The notes under the pieces were generated by a model. The model saw nothing but the letters and a program-made list of their open reading frames with translations. It was not told where the DNA came from and did not search any database. Shown here piece by piece: positions 1 to 11,200 of a stretch of DNA of 64,000 nucleotides. This stretch comes from Alphaproteobacteria bacterium. Lineage in GTDB: Bacteria; Pseudomonadota; Alphaproteobacteria; UBA828. Numbering within the stretch: position 1 is the stretch's first letter; each line of letters starts with the position of its first letter. The stretch is taken from NCBI GenBank assembly GCA_963667785.2, contig CAXXMU010000001.1:64001-128000 (forward strand). The letters are read 5' to 3'. A program made the translations under genes and the position numbers.

Positions 1-78
1 GCGGGCCTCCAGCCGGCAGGGGCTGGTGGCGGCGGCCTCGACTCCGAAGTGATGGATGTTGGGCAGATCGAAGGTCAC
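1..78 (-). CDS. 5' fragment of a gene running off the window; possibly carotenoid/stilbene oxygenase family
   Basis: GTG at 78 preceded by GGGAGG RBS; reads MTFDLPNIHHFGVEAAATSPCRLEAR. Product guessed only from the PxRxEA motif. Confidence 0.35.
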   Translation of the reverse strand, partial: MTFDLPNIHHFGVEAAATSPCRLEAR

Positions 79-209
79 GGTGTCCTCCCGCTGGGTTCGC
101 GCTGACTGCGTGGCCATGTCACCACGCGCCGCCCGCCCCGCACAAGCGGGTGCAGAAGGTCTCGATCTTCCGGCTCTTCATCGGCCGCTGCGCGTCTTCC
201 GGGCCGCGC

Positions 210-1328
210 TCAGTCGGGAAAGACGATGACGTGGCGGAGCTCCTGCGAGCGCCGCGCGAGTGCAATCGATTCGTTGATCTCGTCCAGCGGCCTCCGCGAG
301 GAGATGAGCTCGTCGAGCTTGAGGCGGCCGGCGCGGTAGAGACGGAACAGCTTCGGCACGTCGACCCGGAGCCTGGCATCGCCCATCTTGCAGCCCACGA
401 TCCGCTGCCCGAAGTGCGCGAGATCGGTCGCGTTCAGGCTGACGCGCTCGTCGTAGGGCGGCATGCCCACCGCCACCAGCGCCCCGTCCGGCGCGAGCAG
501 CGGCAGGGCCTGCTCGATGGCCCGGGCGCTTCCCACCGCGGTCATCACCACGTCGAAGCCGCGCCCGTCGGTGAGCGCGAGAGCCTCGGGGGCGGCGTTC
601 TCGTCCGTGGCGTCGATCGCCGCCGTCGCCCCGAACGCTCTGGCCCGCTCCAGCTTGTCGTCCGCCACGTCGATCGCCACGAGCGGAAGCGCGCCGGCGA
701 GTGCAGCGCCCTGGACGCAGTTGAGCCCGACTCCGCCGCAGCCGATCACCGCGACCGCGTCGCCCACCTGCACCTTCGCGGTGTTGACGGCCGCACCGAA
801 GCCGGTCACGACCCCGCAGGACAGCAGGCAGGCGGCCTCGTCCGCAACCCGCGCCGGGATCGCTACGGCCTGAGAGACGTCGACCACCACGCTCTCGGCG
901 AATCCGCCGACCCGGAGCGCGGCCCGCACCGGCCGGCCCTGCGCATCGGCAAGACGCGGGGCGGAATCGATGGCGAACGCAGTCGCGCACTGGGCCGGGC
1001 TTCCGCCCTCGCAGTGCCTGCAGCGCCCGCACGAGCGCAGCAGCGAGACGAGCACGCGGTCGCCGACACGGGTGCCGCCCGGCGGCACGGCCGGGCCGAG
1101 GTCGGTGACGACGCCTGCGAGCTCGTGCCCGAACACGGCGGGCAGCGCGTCGCCGCCGCCCCAGCCGCCGTCCATGTAGGTGATGTCCGAGTGGCAGATC
1201 GCGCTCGCGCGTACCCGCACCCGGATCTCGCTGCGCTGGGGCGGCGCGAGCCGCAGGGTCTCGATTTCGAGCGGCTGGCCGAAGGCACGGCAGACCGCCG
1301 CGCGCACCTCGATGGAGTCCGACGTCAT
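210..1328 (-). CDS. Zn-dependent alcohol dehydrogenase (MDR superfamily)
   Basis: CHSD, GHELAG, CGRCRHC...C structural Zn motif, GCGGVG Rossmann motif. Confidence 0.93.
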   Translation of the reverse strand: MTSDSIEVRAAVCRAFGQPLEIETLRLAPPQRSEIRVRVRASAICHSDITYMDGGWGGGDALPAVFGHELAGVVTDLGPAVPPGGTRVGDRVLVSLLRSCGRCRHCEGGSPAQCATAFAIDSAPRLADAQGRPVRAALRVGGFAESVVVDVSQAVAIPARVADEAACLLSCGVVTGFGAAVNTAKVQVGDAVAVIGCGGVGLNCVQGAALAGALPLVAIDVADDKLERARAFGATAAIDATDENAAPEALALTDGRGFDVVMTAVGSARAIEQALPLLAPDGALVAVGMPPYDERVSLNATDLAHFGQRIVGCKMGDARLRVDVPKLFRLYRAGRLKLDELISSRRPLDEINESIALARRSQELRHVIVFPD

Positions 1329-1461
1329 GGCGGCAACTGTCTCCCGATCGCCTCGGCCCTCGCAACCATTACCTCGGCGGCGGGCGGGGCGCGGGGCGGG
1401 AGAGGGGAACCGGCCCGCGAATCCGGTTTACGGCGGCGGGCGCAGCCGATAGACCACGCCG

Positions 1462-1935
1462 ATGGTCGCATGGCGGAAGGCGGTCGGCGCGCTCGCGCTC
1501 GGCGTTCTGATTGCGGGCGCAGGCCCGGCCCCGCACGGTGCGGCCGACAGCGGCGCGCTGGAAGCGCTCTCGATCGAGACGGGCGCCGGCGTCCACGCCA
1601 TCGAGGTCGAGGTCGCACGAACGCCGGCCCAGCGCACCATCGGACTCATGCACCGGCCGGCGCTCGCGCCCGATCGCGGCATGCTCTTCGATTTCGGCGC
1701 GGCGCGGGAGGTGACGATGTGGATGAAGAACACCCTCATCCCGCTCGACATGTTCTTCGCGGACGGCACGGGCCGCATCGTCACCATCGCCGAGAACACC
1801 ACGCCGCTTTCCGAGAAGCGGATTCCGTCGGGCCGGCCGGTCCGCTTCGTGCTGGAGATGATCGGCGGCAGCGCGCGCCGCCTCGGAATCGCGCCCGGCG
1901 ACCGCATGCGCCATCCGCTGATCGACGGGCCATGA
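1462..1935 (+). CDS. DUF192 family exported protein
   Basis: Signal peptide; GLMHR, GMLFDF, MWMKNTLIPLDMFF, VLEM motifs. Confidence 0.92.
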   Translation: MVAWRKAVGALALGVLIAGAGPAPHGAADSGALEALSIETGAGVHAIEVEVARTPAQRTIGLMHRPALAPDRGMLFDFGAAREVTMWMKNTLIPLDMFFADGTGRIVTIAENTTPLSEKRIPSGRPVRFVLEMIGGSARRLGIAPGDRMRHPLIDGP

Positions 1936-2270
1936 CCGAGGCGCGGCTCAAGACCGAGGTGCTGGTGCAGGCGGGCTTCCGCTATTGCCAGCAGGCGCTG
2001 CTCGCCGCCGTGCTCAGGCGGCGCGGCGACGAGGATGCCGGCGCGCTGCTGGTCAAGGTGAGCCGCCTCGACGGCACGGCCGCCGTCTTCGCCCGCATGC
2101 CCACGCTGGAGGGCGGCCACGCCTGGCGGCGGACCACCGGCGACGGCTGGATCGCCGAGGCCGACGCCGAGGAGCGGCTCGCGCGGGAGATCGAGTTCGA
2201 TCCCGACGTGTGGATCGTCGAGGTCGAGGACCCTGAGGGCCGCAACCCCTTCGCCGACCTGACCGACTGA
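1932..2270 (+). CDS. DUF1491 family protein
   Basis: ATGA overlap with the upstream stop; RRGDEDAGALLVKV ... FDPDVWIVEVED signature (3' end of ORF 150..2270). Confidence 0.88.
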   Translation: MTEARLKTEVLVQAGFRYCQQALLAAVLRRRGDEDAGALLVKVSRLDGTAAVFARMPTLEGGHAWRRTTGDGWIAEADAEERLAREIEFDPDVWIVEVEDPEGRNPFADLTD

Positions 2271-2283
2271 GCGTTCGAGCGGG

Positions 2284-4365
2284 CTACCCCGAGCGCAGGT
2301 AGCGCACCGCCATGTCGCGCTCGAACAGGTAGAGCAGCGTGCGGAGCGCCTGGCCGCGCTCGGATTCGAGCTCGGGGTCGCGCTCCAGCGCGAGGCGCAC
2401 GTCGTCGCGCGCCGTCGCCAGCAGCGCCTCGTGGACGGCGAGGTCGGCGAGGTGGAAGGCCGGCGCGCCGCTCTGGCGCGTGCCGAGCAGCTCGCCCGCT
2501 CCCCTCAGGCGAAGGTCCTCCTCGGCGATGCGGAAGCCGTCGTCGGTCTCGCGCAGGATGGCGATGCGGGCGCGCGCGGTCTCGCCGAGCGGCTGGGCGT
2601 AGAGCAGCAGGCAGGTGCCTGGCGTCGTGCCGCGCCCGACCCGCCCGCGCAACTGATGAAGCTGGGCGAGGCCGAAGCGCTCCGCATGCTCGACGATCAT
2701 CACCGTGGCCGCCGGCACGTCGACGCCGACCTCCACCACCGTGGTCGCGACCAGGATGTCGGCGGCGCCCTCCTGGAAGGCCGCCATGGCGGCGTCCTTC
2801 TCTGCCCCCTTCATGCGGCCGTGGACCAGCGCCACCCTGGCGCCGAAGGTCTCCTGCAGGCGCTCGTGTCGGTCGGTCGCCGCGGCGAGGTCCACCGTCT
2901 CCGAGTCCTCGACGAGCGGGCAGACCCAGTAGACCCTGGCCCCGGTATCGAGCGCCCGGCGCACGGCGGCGACCACCTCGTCCAGCCGCTCCAGCGGCAT
3001 GGCGCGGGTCGCGACGGGGCTGCGGCCCGGCAGGCGCCCCTCCAGCCGGGAGACGTCCATGTCGCCGTAGGCCGTGAGGACGAGCGAGCGCGGAATCGGG
3101 GTCGCGGTCATCACCAGCAGCTCCGCCGCCGGCCCCTTGCCGGCGAGCAGCATGCGCTGGTGCACGCCGAAGCGGTGCTGCTCGTCGACCACGGCGAGCG
3201 CGAGGTCGCGAAAGTCCACGCCCTTCTGGAAGAGCGCGTGGGTGCCGACCAGGATGTCGATCTCGCCGGCGGCGAGCGCCGCGAGCGTCTCCTCCCTGGC
3301 GCGGCCCTTGTCGCGCCCCGTGAGCAGGGCGAGCGAGACCCCGCTGCCCTCCAGCAGGGCGCCGAGGGTCGCGGCGTGCTGGCTCGCCAGCAGCTCCGTC
3401 GGCGCCATCAGCGCGGCCTGGGCGCCGGCCTCCACGGCGATCAGCATGGCGAGCAGCGCCACCACGGTCTTGCCGCTGCCGACATCGCCCTGCAGCAGGC
3501 GGAGCATGCGCCGCTCTTGCGCGAGGTCTTCGGCGATCTCGTCCGCCGCCCGGCGCTGGCCTTCGGTCAGGCGGAAGGGGAGCGCCTCCTCCACTCTCGC
3601 GCGCAGCCGGCCGTCGCCGGCGATGGCGCGGCCGCGGCCGCGCCTCGCGGAGCGGCGCATGAGCGCGAGCGCGAGCTGGTTCGCCAGCAGCTCGTCATAG
3701 GCGAGTCGCGCGCGGGCGGGTGTGTCGGCCTCGAGATCGGCGGTGCTCTCCGGCGCGTGGGCGGCCTCGAGCGCCCGGTTCCAGGGCGGCCAGCGCCTGG
3801 CCTCGACCAGGCGGGGCTCGATCCATTCGGGCAGCGCCGGCGCGCGCGCAAGCGCGGCGCGCACCGCGCGCGCCAGGGGCTTCGGCGTGATGCCGGCCGT
3901 GAGCGGATAGACGGCCTCGACCGTCTGCACGCTCTCGCGCTCGTCGAGCGTCGCGATGTGGTCGGGGTGCGCCATCTGCAGCTCGCCGCCGTAGCGCTCG
4001 ACGCGCCCGCTCACGATGCGCACCGAGCCTTCGGGCAGCGTCCGGCGCAGCCAGTCTCCCTTCGCGTGGAAGAAGACGAGGGTGAGTGCGCCGGTCTCGT
4101 CCGAGCAAAGGACGCGGGTGGGGCGCCGCCGTTCGGGCGCGGGCCGGTGCTCGTCGATGCGCACCGTGAGCGTCGCCGTCGTACCGGCCTCCGCCTCGGC
4201 CACCTTGGGCGCATGGCGCCGGTCGATCAGGCCCGACGGCAGGTGCCAGAGCAGGTGCACGACCAGCGGCCCGGCCAGGCGCTCGTAGGCCGGGCGCGTG
4301 CGGGGGCCGACCCCCGGCAGCACCGTCGCCGGCGCGAACAGCGGATTGAGGATCGCCGGGCGCAT
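2284..4365 (-). CDS. recG: ATP-dependent DNA helicase RecG
   Basis: LLQGDVGSGKT, DEQHRFGV, MTATPIPRS, LHQLRGRVGR, TRG motif DGFRIAEEDLRLRG. Confidence 0.98.
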   Translation of the reverse strand: MRPAILNPLFAPATVLPGVGPRTRPAYERLAGPLVVHLLWHLPSGLIDRRHAPKVAEAEAGTTATLTVRIDEHRPAPERRRPTRVLCSDETGALTLVFFHAKGDWLRRTLPEGSVRIVSGRVERYGGELQMAHPDHIATLDERESVQTVEAVYPLTAGITPKPLARAVRAALARAPALPEWIEPRLVEARRWPPWNRALEAAHAPESTADLEADTPARARLAYDELLANQLALALMRRSARRGRGRAIAGDGRLRARVEEALPFRLTEGQRRAADEIAEDLAQERRMLRLLQGDVGSGKTVVALLAMLIAVEAGAQAALMAPTELLASQHAATLGALLEGSGVSLALLTGRDKGRAREETLAALAAGEIDILVGTHALFQKGVDFRDLALAVVDEQHRFGVHQRMLLAGKGPAAELLVMTATPIPRSLVLTAYGDMDVSRLEGRLPGRSPVATRAMPLERLDEVVAAVRRALDTGARVYWVCPLVEDSETVDLAAATDRHERLQETFGARVALVHGRMKGAEKDAAMAAFQEGAADILVATTVVEVGVDVPAATVMIVEHAERFGLAQLHQLRGRVGRGTTPGTCLLLYAQPLGETARARIAILRETDDGFRIAEEDLRLRGAGELLGTRQSGAPAFHLADLAVHEALLATARDDVRLALERDPELESERGQALRTLLYLFERDMAVRYLRSG

Positions 4366-4483
4366 GACCTCCGCACCCTATCCGGGCGGTTTGCGGGCGC
4401 CAACCGCATCGCTTTCGCCCTTCTCCGGACGCGCGACGGGCGGCTATGGTGGGCCGATCCGAGCGAGCGACGGAGGATTCCCG

Positions 4484-4915
4484 ATGGCACGCGCAGAGAC
4501 TCGTGAGGCGGCGTGCGGCTGCGGCCGGCTCCGGGTGACGACGGTGGGCGAGCCCGACCTGGTCATCGCCTGTAGCTGCCTCGCCTGCCAGCGCCGCACC
4601 GGCAGTCCCTTCGGGGTGGGCGCGTACTTCAAGAAGGAGGCGGTCTCGGTCGAGGGCGATGCGCGGGTCTATTCGCGGGTGGCGGATTCGGGCCTCGACG
4701 TCTCGATCCGCTTCTGCCCGGGATGCGGCACCAGCCTCTGGTGGAGCGCCGAGCTTCGCCCCGATCACTACGGCGTCGCGGTCGGCGGCTTCGGCGATCC
4801 CGGCTTCGCCCGGCCCGGGCGCGTGGTCTGGAGCGAAAGCAAGCACCCCTGGGTGCGCTTTCCCGACGGCGTGGCCGAGTATCGCCAGGGCACGCCTCGG
4901 CCGAAGGCGGAGTAG
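4484..4915 (+). CDS. GFA/CENP-V family protein
   Basis: CGCG, CSCLACQRRTG, FCPGCG Zn motifs; GGAGG RBS before ATG 4484. Confidence 0.9.
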   Translation: MARAETREAACGCGRLRVTTVGEPDLVIACSCLACQRRTGSPFGVGAYFKKEAVSVEGDARVYSRVADSGLDVSIRFCPGCGTSLWWSAELRPDHYGVAVGGFGDPGFARPGRVVWSESKHPWVRFPDGVAEYRQGTPRPKAE

Positions 4916-4938
4916 GGCGCCCGCCGGGGGCGCGGCCG

Positions 4939-5625
4939 CTAGAAGGGGACGCCGACGGCCCTGCACAGATACGCGGTGAAGTCGGAGCCTGCGCGCGCGA
5001 TGCCCGCGAAGCGGTCGAGGAAGTCGGGGCGGACCGCGTCGGCCTCGTCGATGTCGGCGATGACCACGAAGTCCTTGCGCTTGAGGTCCTCGATCAACGG
5101 ATGCTCCGGATCGTAGCCGCGCGGCGGGCGCTTCAGCGCCTCGCCCGCCAGGCGGAAGGTGGCGCAGAACGCGCTGCCGGTGGTGATGCGAACCCACTCC
5201 TCCGGCCGCTCGACGATGGCGTCGCGAATCCGGCCGAGCGTCGCGCTGTCGGGGTGCCAGACGCCGCAGCCGGCGAAGCACATGCCGGGCTCCAGATGAA
5301 GGTAGAAGCCGGGTGCGTGCGCGTCCTTGCCGGCGGCATGGCGGAAGTGGGCGCCGACGTTGGTCTTGTAGGGCGTCTTGTCCTTGGAGAAGCGCGTGTC
5401 CCGGTAGATGCGGAAGAGCGAGCCGCCGTTCGCGCGCGGATCGGCGCGGAAATGCGGGCTGATCTCCGCCAGCGGCCCGGCGAAGGCCTGGATGAAGTCG
5501 AGCATCGGGCCCTGCACCTCCGCCCGGTAGCGCGCCTTGTTCGCCTCGAACCAGGGCCGCTCGTTGTTGGCCTTGAGCTCGCGCAGGAAGTCGAACAGGG
5601 CGGAATCGATCGGTTGTGCGGTCAT
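4939..5625 (-). CDS. DUF2461 (TIGR02453) family protein
   Basis: NNERPWFEANK, FRIYRDTRFSKDKTPYK, GFYLHLEP; start set at MTAQP after GAGGAGG. Confidence 0.92.
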   Translation of the reverse strand: MTAQPIDSALFDFLRELKANNERPWFEANKARYRAEVQGPMLDFIQAFAGPLAEISPHFRADPRANGGSLFRIYRDTRFSKDKTPYKTNVGAHFRHAAGKDAHAPGFYLHLEPGMCFAGCGVWHPDSATLGRIRDAIVERPEEWVRITTGSAFCATFRLAGEALKRPPRGYDPEHPLIEDLKRKDFVVIADIDEADAVRPDFLDRFAGIARAGSDFTAYLCRAVGVPF

Positions 5626-5747
5626 CGCCTCCTCGTGGACTGGTGGGAAAGGCCCGGCAGGGCGGCCACCATCGCATAGCCGGCGGCGGTGGCCAAAGAG
5701 GCGTGGTAGAGTAGGGCGCGCCATCCTCACAGCGACAGAGACCTCCC

Positions 5748-7172
5748 ATGGCCCTCGCCGAAGCGACCGCCCCAGAGCCCCAATCCGCGCCAGCCGAGCC
5801 GATCGCGCGCACGCTCGCGCGCTTCGCCCGCAGCCTCGCGCTGGACGACGTGCCGGAGCCTGTGGTCGAGCGCGCCAAGCTGCACATCCTCGATGCGCTG
5901 GGGATCGGCCTCGCGGCGTCCCGCTACGACTTCAGCCACAAGACGCTGACCGCCATCCACGGCCTCGCCGGCGATGGCGACTATCCGGTGATCGGCATGC
6001 CGGCTCGGCTGCCGCTGCGGGATGCCGCGCAGATGAACGGCTTCCTCATCCACGGCCTCGACTACGACGACACCCACGTCGGCGGCGTGATCCACGCGAC
6101 GGCGAGCGCTGTGCCGACGGTGATCGCCGCGGGCCAGCGGCACGGGGCCTCGGGGCCGGAGACGCTCGCCGCCTATCTCGCGGCCATCGAGAGCGCCGCC
6201 CGTATCGCCGCCGCAGCCCAGGGCGGCTTCCATCGCCTCGGCTTCCATCCCACCGGCATGGTCGGCGTGTTCGGCGCTGCGCTGGCGGCCGGCCGGCTCG
6301 CCGGCATGACCGAGGAGCAGCTCGCTCACGCCCAGGGCATCGCGCTCAGCATGGCCTCAGGCAGCCTGCAGTTCCTGGACGACGGCGCCTGGACCAAGCG
6401 GATGCACCCCGGCTGGGCGGCCCACGCCGGGATCAGCGCCGCGGCTCTTGCCCAGCAGGGGTTCCGCGGACCTGCCGAGCCCTACGAGGGGCGCTTCGGC
6501 CTCTACGCGCTCTACGGCGCCCACGATGCGGAGATCGACTGGCCGCTCTGCACCGCCGGCCTCGGCAGCGAGTGGGAGATGCTGCGCATCGGCATCAAGC
6601 CCTATCCCGCCTGCCACCTGGTCCATGCGCTGGGCGACGCGGTGGCCACGCTGCGCGATGCCCACGGGCTCGCGCCCGCCGATATCGAGAGCGTGGACGC
6701 GCTCATCGGCGAGGGCTGCGTCAGCGTCGTCTGCGAGCCGGAGGCCGCCAAGCGCCGTCCGGCGAACGCCTACGAGGCCCAGTTCAGCGCCCACTACATG
6801 ATCGCGAGCGTGCTCGGGCGCGGCGGCTTCACGCTGGCCTCGCTCGAGCCCGAGGCCTACACCGACCCGGCGGTCCTCGCCCTCTGCGACCGGATCACGT
6901 ACCGCGTCGATCCCGATTCCGCCTTCCCGCAATACTATTCGGGCGAGGTGGTGATCCGCACCGCGGACGGGCGCGTGCTGCGTCACCGCGAGCAGGTGAA
7001 CCGCGGCGCCGACAGCCGGCCGCTCGGCGCCGATGAGATCGTCGCCAAGTTCCGCGACAACGCCGCGATGACGCTGGCGCCGGACCGTGCCGAGCGCGCG
7101 CTCGACGCGGTGATGGCGCTGGACCGCGACTCCACGCCGGCCGACGTCGCTCGGCTGCTGAGCCTCGCCTGA
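5748..7172 (+). CDS. MmgE/PrpD family protein
   Basis: HGLDYDDTH, GFHPTG, KRMHPGW, IKPYPACH, AQFS motifs. Confidence 0.93.
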   Translation: MALAEATAPEPQSAPAEPIARTLARFARSLALDDVPEPVVERAKLHILDALGIGLAASRYDFSHKTLTAIHGLAGDGDYPVIGMPARLPLRDAAQMNGFLIHGLDYDDTHVGGVIHATASAVPTVIAAGQRHGASGPETLAAYLAAIESAARIAAAAQGGFHRLGFHPTGMVGVFGAALAAGRLAGMTEEQLAHAQGIALSMASGSLQFLDDGAWTKRMHPGWAAHAGISAAALAQQGFRGPAEPYEGRFGLYALYGAHDAEIDWPLCTAGLGSEWEMLRIGIKPYPACHLVHALGDAVATLRDAHGLAPADIESVDALIGEGCVSVVCEPEAAKRRPANAYEAQFSAHYMIASVLGRGGFTLASLEPEAYTDPAVLALCDRITYRVDPDSAFPQYYSGEVVIRTADGRVLRHREQVNRGADSRPLGADEIVAKFRDNAAMTLAPDRAERALDAVMALDRDSTPADVARLLSLA

Positions 7173-7231
7173 GGCGCGGCCCGAAGGCGACACCGGCAGT
7201 CACCCGACACCCGCACGTACGAGGAAAGACC

Positions 7232-8182
7232 ATGGCTCTGCACCTGCAGGTTCAGACGTTCTGCGACGAGATCAACGCGATCGAGGTGGCGCCGCTCAAG
7301 GAGCGGCCGCTCGCCGAGGTGCGCGAGGGCTTCCACGACATGATCATGAGCCTGCAGGCGCCGCCCGTCGCCGTCGGCCGGGTCGAGGACCGCGACATTC
7401 CCGGTCCCAACGGGCCGATCCGCATCCGCCTCTACTGGCCGGAGGGCACCGATCCGGCCACGCCGCTGCCCGTCTACGTCAACTATCACGGCAGCGGCTA
7501 CGTGGTGCTCAGCATCGACACCCATGACGGCGTCTGCCGCGCGCTCTGCGCCGGCGCCGGCTGCATCGTCGTCGGCGTCAACTACTGCAAGGCGCCGGAG
7601 AACAGGTTCCCCAGGCCCACCGAGGATGCCTGGGCCTCGCTCAAGTGGGTCGCCGAGAATTGCGCCGAGATCGGCGCGGATCCGGCGCGCATCGCCGTCG
7701 GCGGCGATTCTGCCGGCGGCTGCCTCGCCGCCGTCACCGCGCAGCGGGCAAGGAGCGAGGGCGGGCCCGCGCTGGTCTTCCAGCTCCTGGTCTACCCCGT
7801 CACCGACACGGACGAGACCCGCGACTCCTACAGGACCTTCGGCGAGGGCTACGTGCTCACCGCCGAGGCCATGACCTGGTTCTTCGACTGCTACTTCAAC
7901 GACGAATCGGAGCGGACCGACCTCCGCGCCGCGCCCATCCGTGCCGACGATCTGAGCGGCCTGCCGCCCGCCATGGTGATGACCGCGAGCCACGATCCTC
8001 TCCTCGACGAGGGCCGCGCCTATGCCGAGAGGCTGAAGGCGGCGGGCGTGCCCACGGCCTACCTGAACTACGAGGGCCACATCCACGGCTTCTGGACCGC
8101 CACTGGAAGCTTCGACGTGGCGAACGAGGCCCACGCGACGGCGTGCGCTGCGCTCCGCGAGGCCTTCGGCACGGCGGGCTAG
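7232..8182 (+). CDS. Alpha/beta-hydrolase, HSL-family esterase
   Basis: HGSGY oxyanion region, GDSAGG nucleophile, DPLLDEG, HIHGF. Confidence 0.93.
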   Translation: MALHLQVQTFCDEINAIEVAPLKERPLAEVREGFHDMIMSLQAPPVAVGRVEDRDIPGPNGPIRIRLYWPEGTDPATPLPVYVNYHGSGYVVLSIDTHDGVCRALCAGAGCIVVGVNYCKAPENRFPRPTEDAWASLKWVAENCAEIGADPARIAVGGDSAGGCLAAVTAQRARSEGGPALVFQLLVYPVTDTDETRDSYRTFGEGYVLTAEAMTWFFDCYFNDESERTDLRAAPIRADDLSGLPPAMVMTASHDPLLDEGRAYAERLKAAGVPTAYLNYEGHIHGFWTATGSFDVANEAHATACAALREAFGTAG

Positions 8183-8212
8183 CCGCCCTTCGCCCCACCC
8201 CGGCCCATACGC

Positions 8213-11200
8213 CTACCATCGGAGAGCGGCGCGGAGGGTTGCGGCGGTGGTTGGGTCTGAGCCTGCGTCGGCCTCGGCGTGGCTGGCCTCGAGGGCGATG
8301 GCGAAGGCGGGCTCTGCGCTCCAGCGGGCGCCGCTGCGCCAGGTGTGCGCCGCGCCGTCTTCCGCCATGGTGAGGCCCGCATAGGGCATGAGCACGCCGG
8401 GGCCTGCGGGCGGGCGCAGGCCGTAGCCGAGCTCCGCCTTGAGGCCGGCCCCGGCCTCGAGCGCCTCGGCCGGTGCGAGGCCTGCGGCCGGGCCCGCCGT
8501 CCACAGCCGCTCCACGCCGCCCGAGGCCGCGCCCCAGACCGGCGCGAGGGTGAGCGAGAGGCCGCGGCCCGAGGCGCCGGGATCGAGCCGGACCGAGCCG
8601 GACGCGCCCCACTCCTCGTAGGCGCCGTCGGCGTGCGTGAGCAGCCCCCGCACGCGACCCTCCAGCGTCAAGCCCCGGGCCGGGTCGGCATACGCGAGCC
8701 CGAAGCCCGCCTCCACGCCCGTGCCCCTCTCCGCATCGCCCCGGTCGTGGCGCAGCCCCAGCTCGAGCGTCGGCGTCAGCGTCGCCCCCGACCCCGCCGC
8801 GAAGGCGCGTGCGCTCTCCAGCCCGAGGCGCAGGCGGCTCACCTCGCCGCTCGCAGCCGCGAGGTTGCCGCCGGTGCTCGTGCGTGCCGCATCCGATGCC
8901 GTCCGCACCCAGAGCGCATCGGAGGTGAGCGCAAGGCTTGCCGCGCCCGCCTCTGTGGCCGGCATGAGCGCCGCCCGCAGGCCGAGCGCGCCCATGCGCA
9001 GCGAAAGCCCGGTCTCCGTCACCTCCTGGCCCAGGCTCAGCCTGAGATCGCCGCTGCCGGCACCGGCCAGGCCCCAGAGCTCCACGCCGTCCCCCAGATC
9101 CGCGCGGGCATAGGGATAGACGCCGGTCAGGCTGCTCTCCACCCTGCCACCGCCTCTGCCCGTGCCGTCGTCGAAGGAGCCCTCGCCCTCGCTCAGCCCC
9201 AGCGCGAGGCCCGCGAGCCAGCGCGCCTGCGCCACGTCCGCGCCCAGGAACCCGGTGGTCACGTCGCCCGACAGCGCAAGACCGTCGTCGGTGCCCTCGA
9301 AGCCGCCCGTCGCGAACCGGCCCCAGGCGGTCCAGGCCGGGCCACTACCCTCGCCGCCCGCGCCGAGGCGGAACGCGCTTGCCAACAGAAGCTCGCGGCC
9401 GCTCATGCCGTAGCCCTCGCCGGCACGTCCGCTCTCCCCGAGGCTGGCAGGAGCGCCCGGCCAGTCCTCGTCCTCGCCGCGCAGCGCCCCGATGAACGTC
9501 CCACCCGGCATCCCGGCGCCGCCGAGCGCAACGCCGCCCACCACCACGTGCGCGCCGGCGGCCTCTGCGCCGGTTGCGCCGCCCGAGCCGTCGAGCCGCT
9601 CGCCGATCGCGTCGACGGCCTGCTGCGCCACCGTGCGCCCGAAGCGCGCGAGCCACGCCTGCGGCATCGGGTCGGTGTTGACGATCGTCCCCGTCGCCGT
9701 GCCGTCGGACAGCGTGGCGCCGAAGGGGTGGGAGAGGGTCAGCGTCAGCGTCTCCGAGCCCTCGTTGATGGCGTCGTCCAGCACCGCCACCGAGACCGTC
9801 TTCGCCGTCTCGCCCGCCGCGAAGCGCAGCACGCCGGAGACCGCCTCGTAGTCCGCACCCGCATTCGCGGAGCCGTCCGCGGTCGCATAGCGCACCGAGA
9901 CCGTCGAGGCTTGCGCCTCCGACAGCGTCACACCGAAGGCGAGCGCCGCCCCCTCCGCCTCCTGCACCGTCAGCGTGGACGTCCACAGCGTCTCCGCCGC
10001 CGGTCCCTGCGTGGCCGCCGCGTCGTTGTCGTAAACGTCGATGCCGGCGGACGCCGCATCCGCGTCCACCTCGTAGCCGGCGCCGGCGGTGACCGTCGCC
10101 GTCACCCGGCCGTCCGCCTCGTCCACTCCGTCGTCGTCGGTCGCCACGGCGAGCGTGGCCGCCGCGCTGCCCGCCGCGAACGTCGCCGTGGCGGGTGGCG
10201 TGCCCGAGAGCACGGAGCCCGCCTCCGTGACGCTCACGGAGACCGTCAGCGCGCCCGCCGTATCGCCCGTCCGGCTGAGGGTGAACGAGGCCGCCCCGCC
10301 CTCCGTCACCGACGACGAGGACGCCGCGATCGAGACCACCGGCAGCGCCGCGACGGGCGCCGTCGCCGCGCTCACCAGGGTCTCCTCGTTGCCGTCGTCG
10401 TCGGTGAAGGTGACGCGGACCATGACCGTCTTGCCTTCTTCGGCAGAGGTCAGCGTGTAGGTGTCCGCCGTGGCGCCGGCGATGGCGGCGTCCGCCGTCC
10501 CGTCATGGGCGATCCACTGCCAGGCGAAGGTGGCGCCCGTCAGCCCGTCCGCATCCGCGATGTCCGCAGCCGACGCCGTCAGCGTCTCGCCAACCCGCGC
10601 CGTGCCTGCGATCGCCGGAAGGCCCGTCGGCGACGCGTTGGCCGCCGCGGTGACGTTGGCCACCGCCTCGTTGCTGAAACCGGCCACCGGATTGCCGGCC
10701 GGATCCTGGAGCGGGCTTGCGTTCGACCCCGTCGGCACCGTGTAGCTCACCGTCACCGTCTCGCCCGACGCAACCGCAGAGGCCAGCGTCAGCGTCACAT
10801 TGCTGCCCGAGACCGCGACCGTATCCACCCCGCGCGCCGCGCCATCCACCGTGACGGAGAAGGCCGCCGCCCCCGGCGCCGAGCCCGTGTCCAGCGCCTT
10901 GTCGAACGTCAGCGTCAGCGCATCGCCGTCCACCGACGCGACCTTGAGCGCCGGCGCCGCGTCGTCGTCCTCCACCGTCAGCGTCGCTTCGGACGCGCTC
11001 GCATCGAGCGTGTAGCCGGTGCCGGCCGCAAGGGTCACCGTCACCGCGCTCGCCGCCTCGACGACCTCGTCGTCTTCCGTCGCGACCGTGAGGGCGACCG
11101 TCGCCGCGCCGGCGGGGAACACCGCCTCCGTCGGCGCCGTCCCCGACAGCACCGCGCCGTCCTCGCTCACGCCGAGCCCCACCGTCAGCGCATCCGCCGT

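Noticed and set aside
150-1931. 706-aa ORF 150..2270 as one gene
   Set aside because: Only the last 112 codons (from ATG 1932) are protein-like; the rest overlaps the ADH and DUF192 genes.
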